A stretch of DNA of 63,936 nt, filler included, from Octopus bimaculoides (taxonomy: Eukaryota), in the NCBI RefSeq assembly GCF_001194135.2. It is 8 parts of 8 records of this genome, joined end to end, with 100 filler letters (N's around TTAATTAATTAA, not from the genome) between each part and the next. Parts side by side here need not be neighbours in the genome. Positions count along the whole stretch, not along the records: positions 16,971 to 34,827 come from NC_068997.1; positions 34,928 to 40,981 come from NC_068987.1; 6 more parts are not named here. One strand, written 5' to 3'. Under the pieces are notes generated by a model. That model was not told where the DNA came from. It saw only the letters and a list, made by a program, of their open reading frames with translations, and made no database searches. The translations under genes were made by a program, and so were the position numbers. Positions 23,761-34,987 of the stretch are shown piece after piece; within the stretch, counting starts at the first letter, position 1, and each line of letters starts with the position of its first letter.

Positions 23761-24669
23761 CTAAATCCTTACATTTCACTGATTAAATAGTTTAAAACAT
23801 ATCGTGTAAAAAATATTTTCGGAAGTAAGGACAATAATGGATTTCCCATTAAGGCTACATGGCGGTGTAAACCATAGTATATTGCGATTGTTATTGCAGT
23901 CTTATAATTTTAGGCAGCAGGAAGATAGTGATAACTGTAAAAATTAAAAAGTTATGTCAATATTCCCAAAACCGAATCACTAGCATACTAAACTACAGTC
24001 TAGGTAGAAAGAGATGTGTTTAGGCTGAACAACGAATACACGTGCAATACGTTTTCCCTTTTGCTTCATCAGAATGTGTTAATTGCATTTTCAATACAAA
24101 TATATACATAGCTGAGGAGCGAACGAATCTAGATGTAAAATGTCGAAAAGAGGTGTAAAAGAAATGTGAGAGAGGATGAATAGGATACCCAACAAGAGGA
24201 AAGTTAGATTGAAGGGAGATAACTATTTCCCCATTTTTAGAAACAAAACGAAAAACGAAACCAACTCTACACGGTCATCGAAAAATAAGCTCAATACATA
24301 CATCAAAACAAAAGTAATACAGATACAAACGAAATGCCTCAAATACGAACATCGAACCAAAACAAACAAGTTAAACAATATAATTTAAATGTACACTGAT
24401 ATTTTGAGCAGTTCATAAATGAGAAATTAATATTTTTACACATGATGTTTTATAATACTTATTATGATTTGTTGTTAAATAAAATATTTACATTTTAATA
24501 TTCCTTGTTAGTTTTTATTACTGAAATAAACAGTTTACATTTGTGCTTCAAATCCCAAGATATGGCTAACTTGTCCTGTGGTTTTCCTCTTATCCATGTG
24601 TCGGAAGGACGAATGCACGCTACGCACCATTAAGAAGATCATCATGGAACGATTCACGTCATGCGTTAA

Positions 24670-24915
24670 TAGATAAAGGAGAAAGCCTTGGTGAGGTCGA
24701 TGAATGCAACATGTATGAGCTCAGCAAGGCCATCGACAGCCTAGCAGCAGGCAAGGCTCCAGGCAGCGACAGCATCCCACCAGATCTCATCAAGCGTTGC
24801 AAAATTACCCTACCGCGCCCTTTACACGAAGTCCTCTGCCAGTGCTGTAGAGAGGGAGTTGTACTGCAAGACGTGAGAGATGCAAGGATTGTTACTCTGT
24901 ACAAGAACAAGGGCG
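24670..24915 (+). mobile_element. RTE-type LINE reverse-transcriptase-proximal fragment
   Basis: ELSKAIDSLAAGKAPGSDSIPPDLIK...LHEVLCQCCREGVVLQDVRDARIVTLYKNKGERSDC matches the KAPGxDxIP...W.eG.vPqd.rda.ivtlyK.KG motif of RTE elements. Confidence 0.85.
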
Positions 24916-25413
24916 AAAGAAGCGACTGTTACACATGTTATACAAAAATAATACAGCAATACTATTCTAATAAAATATCGATGAAACAATTGCAAAGTTA
25001 TGCAATAAAACGAATTGCTCACTCCGTTGTCCCAGTAAATATGTATTTGCTGGCCGAAACTTCGAAGTCACTGCGAACATAATCAACATAATCGACATAA
25101 TCAACCAGGAGGGAATAACTCTCACACGTCATAGTGTTTTACGTAAATAATAATTCAAGGGAGATTACTCATTCTTTTTCTCCAGTTAGTGTTATCTCAG
25201 CCGAAACAACGCGATCACCATAGCAACTGGTTAAACCAAGCCATGACGGCGAAACTTGTGCCTCGGTCAGCTCAGTAATATCAATAACATTTACTCAAGG
25301 TACACCATTAGTAGATATTTTGTTGTTTACTACAAATTGACCAGCAATACCGAATACACACATACAAAGCTTGTGTGTATGTCTGTGTGTGTTCGTGCGT
25401 GCGTACGTGCATG

Positions 25414-25419
<6 letters not shown>

Positions 25420-25485
<66 letters not shown>

Positions 25486-25495
25486 TGTGTGCGTG
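25420..25495. repeat. (GT)n microsatellite
   Basis: Direct inspection. Confidence 0.95.
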
Positions 25496-25769
25496 TTTGC
25501 ATATGTTCCTTGTTGATTCGAAAACTGAGATACCGATATTGACGTATGAGATATCAAAACATTCAGTAAGTTTCGGCTACCGAATAAAGTATGTGTTTTT
25601 AATAAAACTCCTTTTTACCTAAAAAATAACCTCGAAAACGAGGTCAGGTCGCACAATTTTGAAGCCCTTAGCTAAAGGAGGCAACTTTGCCTGAACAATC
25701 TTAAAATACATGGAGTCTTACCAGGGAATGAAGCTTCGAATGTAAACCTTCAACTTTATTAGCATTGTT

Positions 25770-25970
25770 TATTAGATTTGTGGGTATTCCATTTCAAATA
25801 ATGCAAAAAGAACATAACGAGTATTTATGATGGAAAACTCAGGGTATTTATATGCACATCAAGATATAATAGTTGAGGATAAATACAGTACAATAGCAGG
25901 GTATAAAATATACTACCTTCATTAGCCCTTACTTGAGTTACAAATATAATTAAAAAGGAACTACACGTGT
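25770..25970. repeat. Left arm of ~200-bp inverted repeat (partner at 27060-27265)
   Basis: AGATTTGTGGGTATTCCATTTC...GAGTATTTATGATGGAAAACTC...GAACTACACGTG is the reverse complement of 27060-27265. Confidence 0.88.
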
Positions 25971-26156
25971 TTCGGTATTGGAAGATCAGAATATATGTAA
26001 TCTTCAAGCTTATAATTCCACCAACACATGTTCAGGTTCATGTTTGAAAACAATGTTCAGCTATTTTAAATCTTCATAAAAATTAAGCGTTAAATAAAAA
26101 ATAAAAAATTAAAAATAAACTTTACAAAATTAAGAAGTAAAAATAATACTCCAATT

Positions 26157-26478
26157 ATGAAGAAAAGAGAGGATGAAACCAATAAACTGTCTACAGTCTG
26201 TCTACCCTATGTGAAAGGCCTCTTCGAAAAGATACAAAAGATATGCGGCCCATATGACATCAGGGCAGTATTCAAGAGCAATACAACACTTCGCAAATAT
26301 CTCCTTCGTGTAAAACCACCAACAGAAGAGAATATGACCAAAAACTGCATGTACTCCATCCCATGCAGCTGTGGTAGGTTATACAAAGGCGAAACATGCC
26401 GACCCTTCAAAATAAGGGTAGAAGAACATCGCAAAGCTGTGACACGAGGAGATATTGATAAATCGGGTATAGCTGATC
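26157..26478 (+). mobile_element. Penelope-like element GIY-YIG endonuclease fragment
   Basis: VCLPYVKGLFEKIQKIC...NCMYSIPCSCGRLYKGETCRPFKIRVEEHRKA...KSGIAD is the typical VY.IpC.CG..YiGET.R.l..R..EH pattern. Truncated by an N-gap. Confidence 0.88.
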
Positions 26479-26709
26479 NNNNNNNNNNNNNNNNNNNNNN
26501 NNNNNNNNNNNNNNNNNNNNNNNNNNNNNNNNNNNNNNNNNNNNNNNNNNNNNNNNNNNNNNNNNNNNNNNNNNNNNNNNNNNNNNNNNNNNNNNNNNNN
26601 NNNNNNNNNNNNNNNGTGCAGATATGAATAGCATATGGGAACCGGTATTGAGGAAGGATAGAAAAATAATAGATTTATAAGCCCTAAAATTCACTCCATA
26701 ATTGCCCAC

Positions 26710-26785
26710 GGGCATATGGCGTAGTGGTTAAGAGCGCGGGCTACTAACCCCAAGATTCCGAGTTCGATTCACGGCAACTACCTGA
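26710..26785 (+). mobile_element. tRNA-like SINE head (not a functional tRNA)
   Basis: A-box TGGCGTAGTGG and B-box GAGTTCGATTC present, but no pairing acceptor stem; followed by an (AAT)n tail. Confidence 0.6.
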
Positions 26786-26856
26786 TTAATAATAATAATA
26801 ATAATAATAATAGTAACATCGTTAGGAATGAGAACCCAGGTTCGAAATTTCCGCAA

Positions 26857-26902
26857 GACACCTGACGAAGGCTGGAGGGTATATCAGCCGAAACGTTGTG
26901 TT
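26857..26902 (+). ncRNA. Minimal type-I hammerhead ribozyme in a Penelope-like terminal repeat
   Basis: GACAC-CUGACGA-A-GGCUG(gagggtatat)CAGCC-GAAA-CG-UU-GUGUU: stem I GACAC/GUGUU, intact core, perfect 5-bp stem II, and the palindromic ACGU stem III described for PLE dimeric hammerheads. Confidence 0.75.
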
Positions 26903-27059
26903 AACAACAAACAAGATGAGGACAAATATCCGTCAAATGTAAATAATGTAAATAATTCCTCATCGCTTAAATATAGAACTGTAAAAATAATAATTTATAA
27001 ATATAATTATAAATTAGTATACATATACCCACTTAGAATGTCAAATATAAAATTATAAA

Positions 27060-27265
27060 TCACGTGTAGTTCTTTTCAATTATAATTGTAACTCACGTAA
27101 GGGCTAATTAAGGTAGTATATTATATACCATGCTATTGGTTTTATCCTCAAGTATTATTTCTTAATGTGTATATAAATACCACGAGTTTTCCATCATAAA
27201 TACTCGTTACGTTTTTTTTCTGCATTATCTGAAATGGAATACCCACAAATCTATTTATTGAAATC
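27060..27265. repeat. Right arm of ~200-bp inverted repeat (partner at 25770-25970)
   Basis: Reverse complement of the left arm. Confidence 0.88.
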
Positions 27266-27477
27266 CCAATAACTGAACTATTATTAATTTTCTATTATTA
27301 TATAGTTTGTATATTTATATATAAAAGTATATATAAATATATTATAACCATGACCTCATTGCATGATATGCTGATGTGGAATACACGGTATATATTTTCC
27401 ATATAAAAATGCATCTTATGCTAAAGGGTGTGTACCTGATCGATTTGGAAATTCATTTTCCCACATTATTCAAAATA

Positions 27478-27518
<41 letters not shown>

Positions 27519-28174
27519 NNNNNNNNNNNNNNNNNNNNNNNNNNNNNNNNNNNNNNNNNNNNNNNNNNNNNNNNNNNNNNNNNNNNNNNNNNNNNNNNNN
27601 NNNNNNNNNNNNNNNNNNNNNNNNNNNNNNNNNNNNNNNNNNNNNNNNNNNNNNNNNNNNNNNNNNNNNNNNNNNNNNNNNNNNNNNNNNNNNNNNNNNN
27701 NNNNNNNNNNNNNNNNNNNNNNNNNNNNNNNNNNNNNNNNNNNNNNNNNNNNNNNNNNNNNNNNNNNNNNNNNNNNNNNNNNNNNNNNNNNNNNNNNNNN
27801 NNNNNNNNNNNNNNNNNNNNNNNNNNNNNNNNNNNNNNNNNNNNNNNNNNNNNNNNNNNNNNNNNNNNNNNNNNNNNNNNNNNNNNNNNNNNNNNNNNNN
27901 NNNNNNNNNNNNNNNNNNNNNNNNNNNNNNNNNNNNNNNAAAATTAGTAATGTCCGAGCAATGGTGTTGTATCACACCATGTCATACTACAACTCCTACA
28001 CAATCTGAACTGTATACCACCAGCTACATTCCTGACACACACGAACCTTACACTGCGCACTTGCATACCCCACAAGATTAATTTGGTACTCCTTAGCTCC
28101 TCCCCTCTCCTCACCCCCCTCTCCTCACCCCCACCCTTATCAATAATCGTATTGATTTCAAGGGATTTTCAAAG

Positions 28175-28293
28175 TTAATTCTTTTGCTTCCTCACAACAA
28201 AGAACACAAGAACAACAACTACAAGAATGGCCAGGATACAGACGACAGCGATCAGAACTCCAAGTCCCACCATCACTGTTGGGTTGGTTACAG
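28175..28293 (-). CDS. Multicopper oxidase B, terminal transmembrane exon (A-VTNPTVMVGLGVLIAVVCILAILVVVVLVFFVVRKQKN*)
   Basis: Acceptor tttttctttatctttacag|CT at 28294/28293, phase-compatible with the 29951 donor; TAA at 28177-28175. Spliced product is 729 aa. Confidence 0.9.
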
Positions 28294-28584
28294 CTGTAAA
28301 GATAAAGAAAAACATGGAATTTATATACAAACAGCAGATTATTCAAATATTTCATACATTTTTAATTTTTTATTTCAAAAATATATTTCCTTGCATGACC
28401 CGAATTCGAACTCCACATTCACTATATTGAAAGTCGTTCACGAACCTCACCCCTGGGGAATAAGAACAAACAAGGAACGAGTTATCTATGTGGTTTCTCT
28501 ATTTTCTGAAATGATAACTGAATCTCCTTTGAATCACTCTGTGCTCTGCTGAAAAGTTGGAGGATATCTTATATTATTATTTAT

Positions 28585-29020
28585 ACTCCGGGAACAAAGG
28601 CCTTGAAAATTTTGGGGGAAGGGAACTGGTCTATTACATCGACCCCAGTGCATAACTGGTAACTTTCATCGACCCTGAAAGGCTGAAAGACAAAGTAGAC
28701 GTCGGCGGAATTTGAACCCAGAAAGAATCGGCAGACGAAATACCGCTAAGCATTTCGACCGGGGTGCTAACGATTCTGCCAGCTTGCCGTTTTGAGACCA
28801 CTTTAAATAATTATGTGTTACAAGCGCAAAGCCTGACATTTGGGGGAGGAGGATAGTCGATTACATCGACTACAGTACTCAACTGGTACTTAATTTATCG
28901 ACTCCGAAAGGATGAAAGGCAAAGTCGACCTCGGCGGAATTCGAACTCAGAACGTAGCGGGAGTCGAAATAGCGTTAAGCATTTCGCCCGGTGCAAACGA
29001 TTCTGCCAACTCACCACCTT
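28585..29020 (-). mobile_element. Two tandem copies of tRNA-derived SINE family A, in the MCO-B intron
   Basis: Two successive blocks with CGACC(C)CAGT...GAAAGG(C/A)TGAAAG...GGCGGAATT(T/C)GAAC...TAAGCATTTCG. Confidence 0.85.
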
Positions 29021-29486
29021 GAGGCCACCTTAAATAATTTTATATCTGGTATACTATGAATGTATATAAGAAGGTACGAACATGAATTGAAAATTACCTT
29101 AAATAAATGTTATATCTGATATATCACATAATGTTATATCTGATATACAGCTATATCTGAAGAAGGTACGATCATGAAATGAAAATCATCCACGTCCGGA
29201 ACCTTCTATGATCTAATTTACATTTCTCTTTATTTGTTTTGGNNNNNNNNNNNNNNNNNNNNNNNNNNNNNNNNNNNNNNNNNNNNNNNNNNNNNNNNNN
29301 NNNNNNNNNNNNNNNNNNNNNNNNNNNNNNNNNNNNNNNNNNNNNNNNNNNNNNNNNNNNNNNNNNNNNNNNNNNNNNNNNNNNNNNNNNNNNNNNNNNN
29401 NNNNNNNNNNNNNNNNNNNNNNNNNNNNNNNNNNNNNNNNNNNNNNNNNNNNNNNNNNNNNNNNNNNNNNNNNNNNNNNNNNNNNN

Positions 29487-29530
<44 letters not shown>

Positions 29531-29950
29531 CTGTGTCTGTACACCACAACACTTGACAGAGGTTTTGGTGTATTTACCGAGACCGTAAATTTTGCTGTTC
29601 GGCAAAATAAACCGATAGAATAAGCACTGGGAAAAATTTCTTCAAGGCGGTGCTCCGGCAAGGCCGCGGTCTAATGACTTTCTATCTCTCACTTTCTCTC
29701 TTTCTCTATTTCTCTCTCGGTCTATTTCCCTATGTCCCTCTCTCTCGCTCATACTTTTTAGAAACATAAGTCATGCTACAGTGCATCTCGTTCACAAGAA
29801 AAGCACAACCCCCGCCCCATATTCAATCTCATAACTGTTCATGTATGGTACATATTTATTTTTAAAATCAACAGATAATCTGTGATAAATAAACATAGAA
29901 TAAGAGACAAAACTAGAGAAAAAAGATAAAAGAAGAAGCGTAAAACATAC

Positions 29951-32021
29951 CAGCGTTTTCATTTTCATATCTTTGTCTATCTCTATATTCACTACTTGAG
30001 TGCGTGTGGTCATCACTTTCTTTATCATTATCTTTCTGTATTTGTTTCTCTTTATGTTCATCACTTTTGTCCATGTGGTCATCCTTTTCAGTAACTTCTT
30101 TCATATTATAAACCGGCTTCCCGAAACCACGACACTGTGGGAAATTGTCCGGCACTTTTGGAAACTGAGCAAAAGATTCGTTAAGGACCATAGCCATTCC
30201 ATCCATACTGTGTAATTCAATATGGCAGTGCACAAACCACATTCCAGGATTGTCAGCCCGTATTCTCACAACAGCGTATCCACCTGTAGGGACCATAATT
30301 GTATCCTTTCGAGGAGCGTTTCGTAAATTCATTCCAGGGATGTTGTCTCCTTCCCAGTTGCTGTTTGACCAAGCTGCATCGTTACAATAGTTCATTTTCG
30401 GATCACCTCTGCAATCAATATCTTTAGTATCATGTATTATTTCTCCCGCCGTTTCATTGTATTTCGCGAAACCCAGCTTAACTACATAAAATGAATGTCC
30501 GTGCATGTGTATGGGGTGGGAGAATCCTTTACCTTTTCCTAGGTTTGTCATTACAATCTGGACAGTATTATCGGGTATCGGACTTAAGGTGTAAGTACAA
30601 TGGCACACTTTGTCAACACCACATTTGGTACTATCGCACCAAGTCTTTACTTCGTTCGATTGTGTTAAAAGGTTTACACCGGCTTCCTTGAACGCCCGTC
30701 CATTTACTGATGAAGGTGTGTGTCCAGGTTCACCAGGAAATGCAAAATTTAAAAAATGCTCCTCAAACTTCCCAGGCCGGAAAGGAGGTACCACATCTGG
30801 ATAATTAGACTCTAAGTCACCAAAGGTTAAACATGGTTTATCACTTTTATAGGTATCATAAAGAAAGGGACAGTTCAATAAAGTGCAGTTCTTTTGCTGA
30901 ACGCAGTCAGAAACAGTGGAGTTAGGTTCTTCGACCGGTGCACCCTTATATCGAAGAATCGCTTCAAATGAGTTATTTCTGTCTATTTCCAGCGTCTTCC
31001 CACGGATCCAGTAATTTCCGACAGAGTTATTTGCATGTATTGTGAAGTCAAATCTCTCGCCCGGGTTGATGACAAAGTAATCAACAGGTGATGGTTTTAG
31101 TTCATAACCATCAGAGGCAACGACTACCATCTGGTGACCATCAACAGATACTTCAAACGGGTAAAGGGACCCTGCAGCGATCACTCTAAAACGATAGTGT
31201 TTACCTGATTCTACTTCAAAGACAGACAGTGGGGCCCCATTGTGTTTCCTTGATACATCATAATAGCGGCCTCGACCATTCACAAGACCAGAATGGAAAT
31301 TAAAAAGACTAAAAAGCGCTCCAGCAGCGGATCTAGAATTTGTAACTTGTTTTCCATTCAAATAAACTCCGTAAACCATTTTTATAAAACTCATATCGGA
31401 ATCCCATTCATGATTGTAGTCTGAGATTACCATTATATGCTCTTCCATTTTAGGTTTTGTCTTTTCGTGAAGTATTAAAGCACCAAATTCTCCCATGGTA
31501 CGCTGTGACCCAGTATGAGAATGGTACCAATAAGTCCCAGTTTGTGTAATATTAAATTCATATCTGAACGACTGACCAGGTAGAATAGGGCATTGTGTAA
31601 CCCAAGCTACGCCATCCATATGTGATGTTCCTCTTTGATGCAAGCCGTGCCAATGTATTGTCGTAACTTCTGAGTATAAATGGTTTTCTACATCAATAAT
31701 AACTCTTTGACCTTTATAAACTTCTATTGTTGGTCCTGGAACCGTGCCATTAACTGCAATCACCTTCATTGGCTGAAAGTAACCATCCATAGTAATAACT
31801 TCATCAGTTGGTATCGGCTGAGCATCCGTAAAATTAGTGACGTCATATCTGTAGAGTTTTCCATTGTAGGGTTTTACCAGGGTACGATTTACTAACATAG
31901 TTAATTTATACGAAATTATCAGCTTAAACTCACACACGTCGTCTTCCATACGACATGTACGAGAGTAAACTAATGGTGAGAAGAGACCCAGGAGGAATAC
32001 AATTACGTTGGAGTGAATCAT
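29951..32021 (-). CDS. Laccase-like multicopper oxidase B, main coding exon
   Basis: Signal peptide plus HWHG, WYHSH, HPIHMHGH and HCHIELHSMDGM motifs in one exon; colinear paralogue of MCO-A. Phase-1 donor G|gtatgt at 29951/29950. The unspliced ORF stops at 29913. Confidence 0.97.
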
Positions 32022-32225
32022 AGTTGAACCAGTGAGTGCAGATATCTGAAATCACAAAATATAAATATGAGAAACACTGAAATCATCAAATACAATTAAA
32101 TCATGAAATATTTGTATGTTTTAAAGACGGAAGAATACCAACATATTAAAGAGAAGAAATGAAAGTAAAACTCTGTGTGACAGGTGGACGACAGAGAGAT
32201 CAATATTGCTTTGTTAGTAGGACAT
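32022..32225 (-). other. 24-nt leader, splice acceptor and conserved intron end of multicopper oxidase B
   Basis: ttttgtgatttcag|ATATCTGCAC at 32046/32045; homologous to 17445-17641. Confidence 0.75.
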
Positions 32226-32834
32226 CCTTTCTCTACCTCATCATTTAGACTCCATCACTGCAATTGACACCCCTTAAAGCTTTATATCTCTCTCCATAAC
32301 CCCATCACGCCTTCTATCTTTCTACATTCTAATATCTTTCTCTCTCTTTCACCCTTATCCTCCCGTTCCTACCTTCTTATTATATTCACTGACCTTTCTG
32401 GTACACTTTCCCTTATCTCTATTTTTGCATTCCTTTTTCCTTTCTTTTCTTTATTCCTTTTATTATTTTCTTCTTCCTTTTTTCTTCTATTTCTCCCTCT
32501 CACTTTTCTTTTCTTTTTTCCCTCTTCCTTTATTCCTCTCTTCCTGTTTTCGATTTGACCTTACTAGTGCATTCCCTACTTTTGGGTCACTTTAAACAGA
32601 ACCCATGATTCAATAACACTGTGTATAAACTCTGTGTCTGGAATGACCAATTTCAAAGACTGTTGGTTTTTACTCATAGGGTATTGGAATCTTAATAATG
32701 GATTTACAAAGGCAATGACCAATCTTAAAGACTATTACTCACAGGGTATTGGAATCTNNNNNNNNNNTATATATATATATAAGGATTTACTTCTTCCTTT
32801 CTTTTCTTTATTCCTTTTATTTCTTCGCCATGAT

Positions 32835-33015
32835 AGATCGCTAGCCACTACACATTTTTTTCTCTCCTTGCTTCTTTCTGTGTTCCTTTCTGTAGAAGAG
32901 CGTAGGCTCGAAACGTTAAAGACTTTTTCAATTCCCGAGCGTTATACTAATACAGCTGTTTGTTTTCTGCACTACCTGTCTTCGTCTGTTGTTGTTTTTT
33001 TCTTGTGAATTCTCC
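32835..33015 (+). mobile_element. Short Penelope-terminal-repeat-like element with degenerate hammerhead core
   Basis: CTTT-CTGTAGA-A-GAGCgtagGCTC-GAAACGTT-AAAG. The same family occurs inverted at 41082-41451 and diverged at 54190-54330. Confidence 0.6.
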
Positions 33016-33329
33016 CTATATATATATATATATATATATATACATACACAAAGAGATGGGAGAGAGTGCCAGAGAGTTCAAAATATAAAGGAAAAATCCA
33101 GGGGAATAATTACAAGGTAGCTAAATATTGCTTAAGTGTTTCAGGATTTAAATCCAGGATAGTAAGTCGTATTTAGTAGAAAATAGGAAAATTGAATAAG
33201 GAGACGAACTCTCGGGATGTTGTTAAACCATTTATATCGTGAATTCTTCTACATACGTGAATTCTTCTAATAATACTATTAACCCTATTAACGCTAACAT
33301 TAACAATAATCTCTCCTTAAATGGTAACA

Positions 33330-33600
33330 ACAACACAACCAACCTTTGCAATTGTAGCCCTGGTAAGACCTGTGTTCTAAATGGAAACTGCAGAATTAAA
33401 AACACCGTTTACCGATGCAAGTTATTTCTGGTAACAAAGATTATTTTCTATATTGGATTATCCTCAGCATTTTTGAAATCCCGTCTGGCCAACCACCTCT
33501 CTACCTTTAAATACAATCGTAAGCGGAACTCTACAGAAATCAATAAACTAATTTGGGAACTCAAGATTCTTTCTAGATCTTTCCTTATGATAAAGGGAAA
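33330..33600 (+). mobile_element. Penelope-like element GIY-YIG endonuclease fragment with Cys-rich N-extension
   Basis: LCNCSPGKTCVLNGNCRIKNTVYRCK...FYIGLSSAFLKSRLANHLSTF...STEINKLIWELK matches the CNC...CPL.G.C...VY...YIG...FK.R..nH...F...sT.Ls..iW.lK pattern. Confidence 0.8.
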
Positions 33601-33749
33601 TCATTCTATTCTTTATGCACGGAAGAGCAGTATTTTATTCTCTTCTCTAAACTTGAATTGGTAAACAAATTTACAGAGACAGTTTACAAATGTATTCATG
33701 GGAAAAAAACAGTTTTAGTTCTTTCAAATAATATCATCTCGTAACGTAA

Positions 33750-34540
33750 TAATATTTTTTGCAAATTTTCTTTTCTTTATTCTTCCATCTAAATTCCCAT
33801 AACCTTTCCTCCCACTTCTTGACTTTTTATGTATACAATTCGCCTATTCCTCTTCACTCTCTCTTTCTACCTCCTGTTTTTTTTTCTCTCTATATATTTC
33901 TATTCCTTTTCTCCTTCTCTCACGCAATCTAGTTAATTACCTTAGAACCATTTTAAATTTCTAAACTTCCCTGACTACCCGGCTTTCCAAATATGCTTAT
34001 GCGTATATACCCGTTTTTGCTATCGTATATATGTATATTTTCGGTGAGCACAATGATGTATATGTGCTTAGTGAGTGTGTGTACTGGTTTGTTATAGTGT
34101 GTTTGTGTCTGTCGATGTTTTGTGATGTGTGTGCCCTTCCGTATGCGTGTGAGCCCCCATAACCAAATAATAATTTCTGCAAATTTTCTATTTTTTTCTT
34201 CCATCTTATTACCCATAATCTTTCACCCATTCCCCTTCTTTCCGTTCTTTTCATGCTTTTTTTTTATATTTCCAATTTGTCCATTCCTCTCCCACACTCT
34301 CTCTTTCTCTTTTATTTTGTTTTATGCTTCCTTTCTTTCCCCCTCCCAACCTTTCTATACATCTCTCACATTATCTAGTTCGTTTCGATAACGTAATTTT
34401 AAATTTCTAGCGTCCCCTGTTCGTATGTAAGTATTTTGTGAATGAACAATAGCGTAACGTGTACGTGCTTAAGTAAGTGTGTGTATGTGTCTACCATTAT
34501 GTGTTTGGGTCTATCGACGTTTTGGGAAGTGTATGCTCTC
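33750..34540. repeat. Diverged ~420-bp tandem duplication
   Basis: Recurring blocks GCAAATTTTCT, ATCTAGTT, TTTTAAATTTCTA, TGTGCTTA(A)GT(A/G)AGTGTGTGTA and TCGA(T/C)GTTTTG about 420 bp apart. Confidence 0.6.
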
Positions 34541-34788
34541 GTGTATGTATATGATCGTGTGTTTATGTGTATAAGTATGAGATCGTAAACGTTTACTTTA
34601 GCGTAAGTATGTTTCTATGCTGTTGCTGCGAGAATATGCACGAGCATATGTATAGATATACATGCATATGTCTGTGAATATATTTCTGGCTATGTATGTT
34701 TGTATGTAATTGAATATATATGTATGTGTGTCTGTGTATATGTATAAGTATGCATTTATGTATATGTATATGTTTATATATATAAAAG

Positions 34789-34822
<34 letters not shown>

Positions 34823-34987
34823 ATACANNNNNNNNNNNNNNNNNNNNNNNNNNNNNNNNNNNNNNNNNNNNTTAATTAATTAANNNNNNNNNNNNNNNNN
34901 NNNNNNNNNNNNNNNNNNNNNNNNNNNGTGTGTGTGTGTGTGTGTGTGTGTGGCAAATGAAAGACAGAAGATGGAATATACGAGACC

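Noticed and set aside
26710-26785. tRNA gene
   Set aside because: A and B boxes are present but there is no acceptor stem and it is followed by an (AAT)n tail; a SINE head.
17642-32021. Bacterial or fungal horizontal transfer of the laccases
   Set aside because: The single large exon is suggestive, but spliceosomal introns flank it, base composition fits the host and the N-terminal pattern resembles animal laccases. No positive evidence without a phylogeny.
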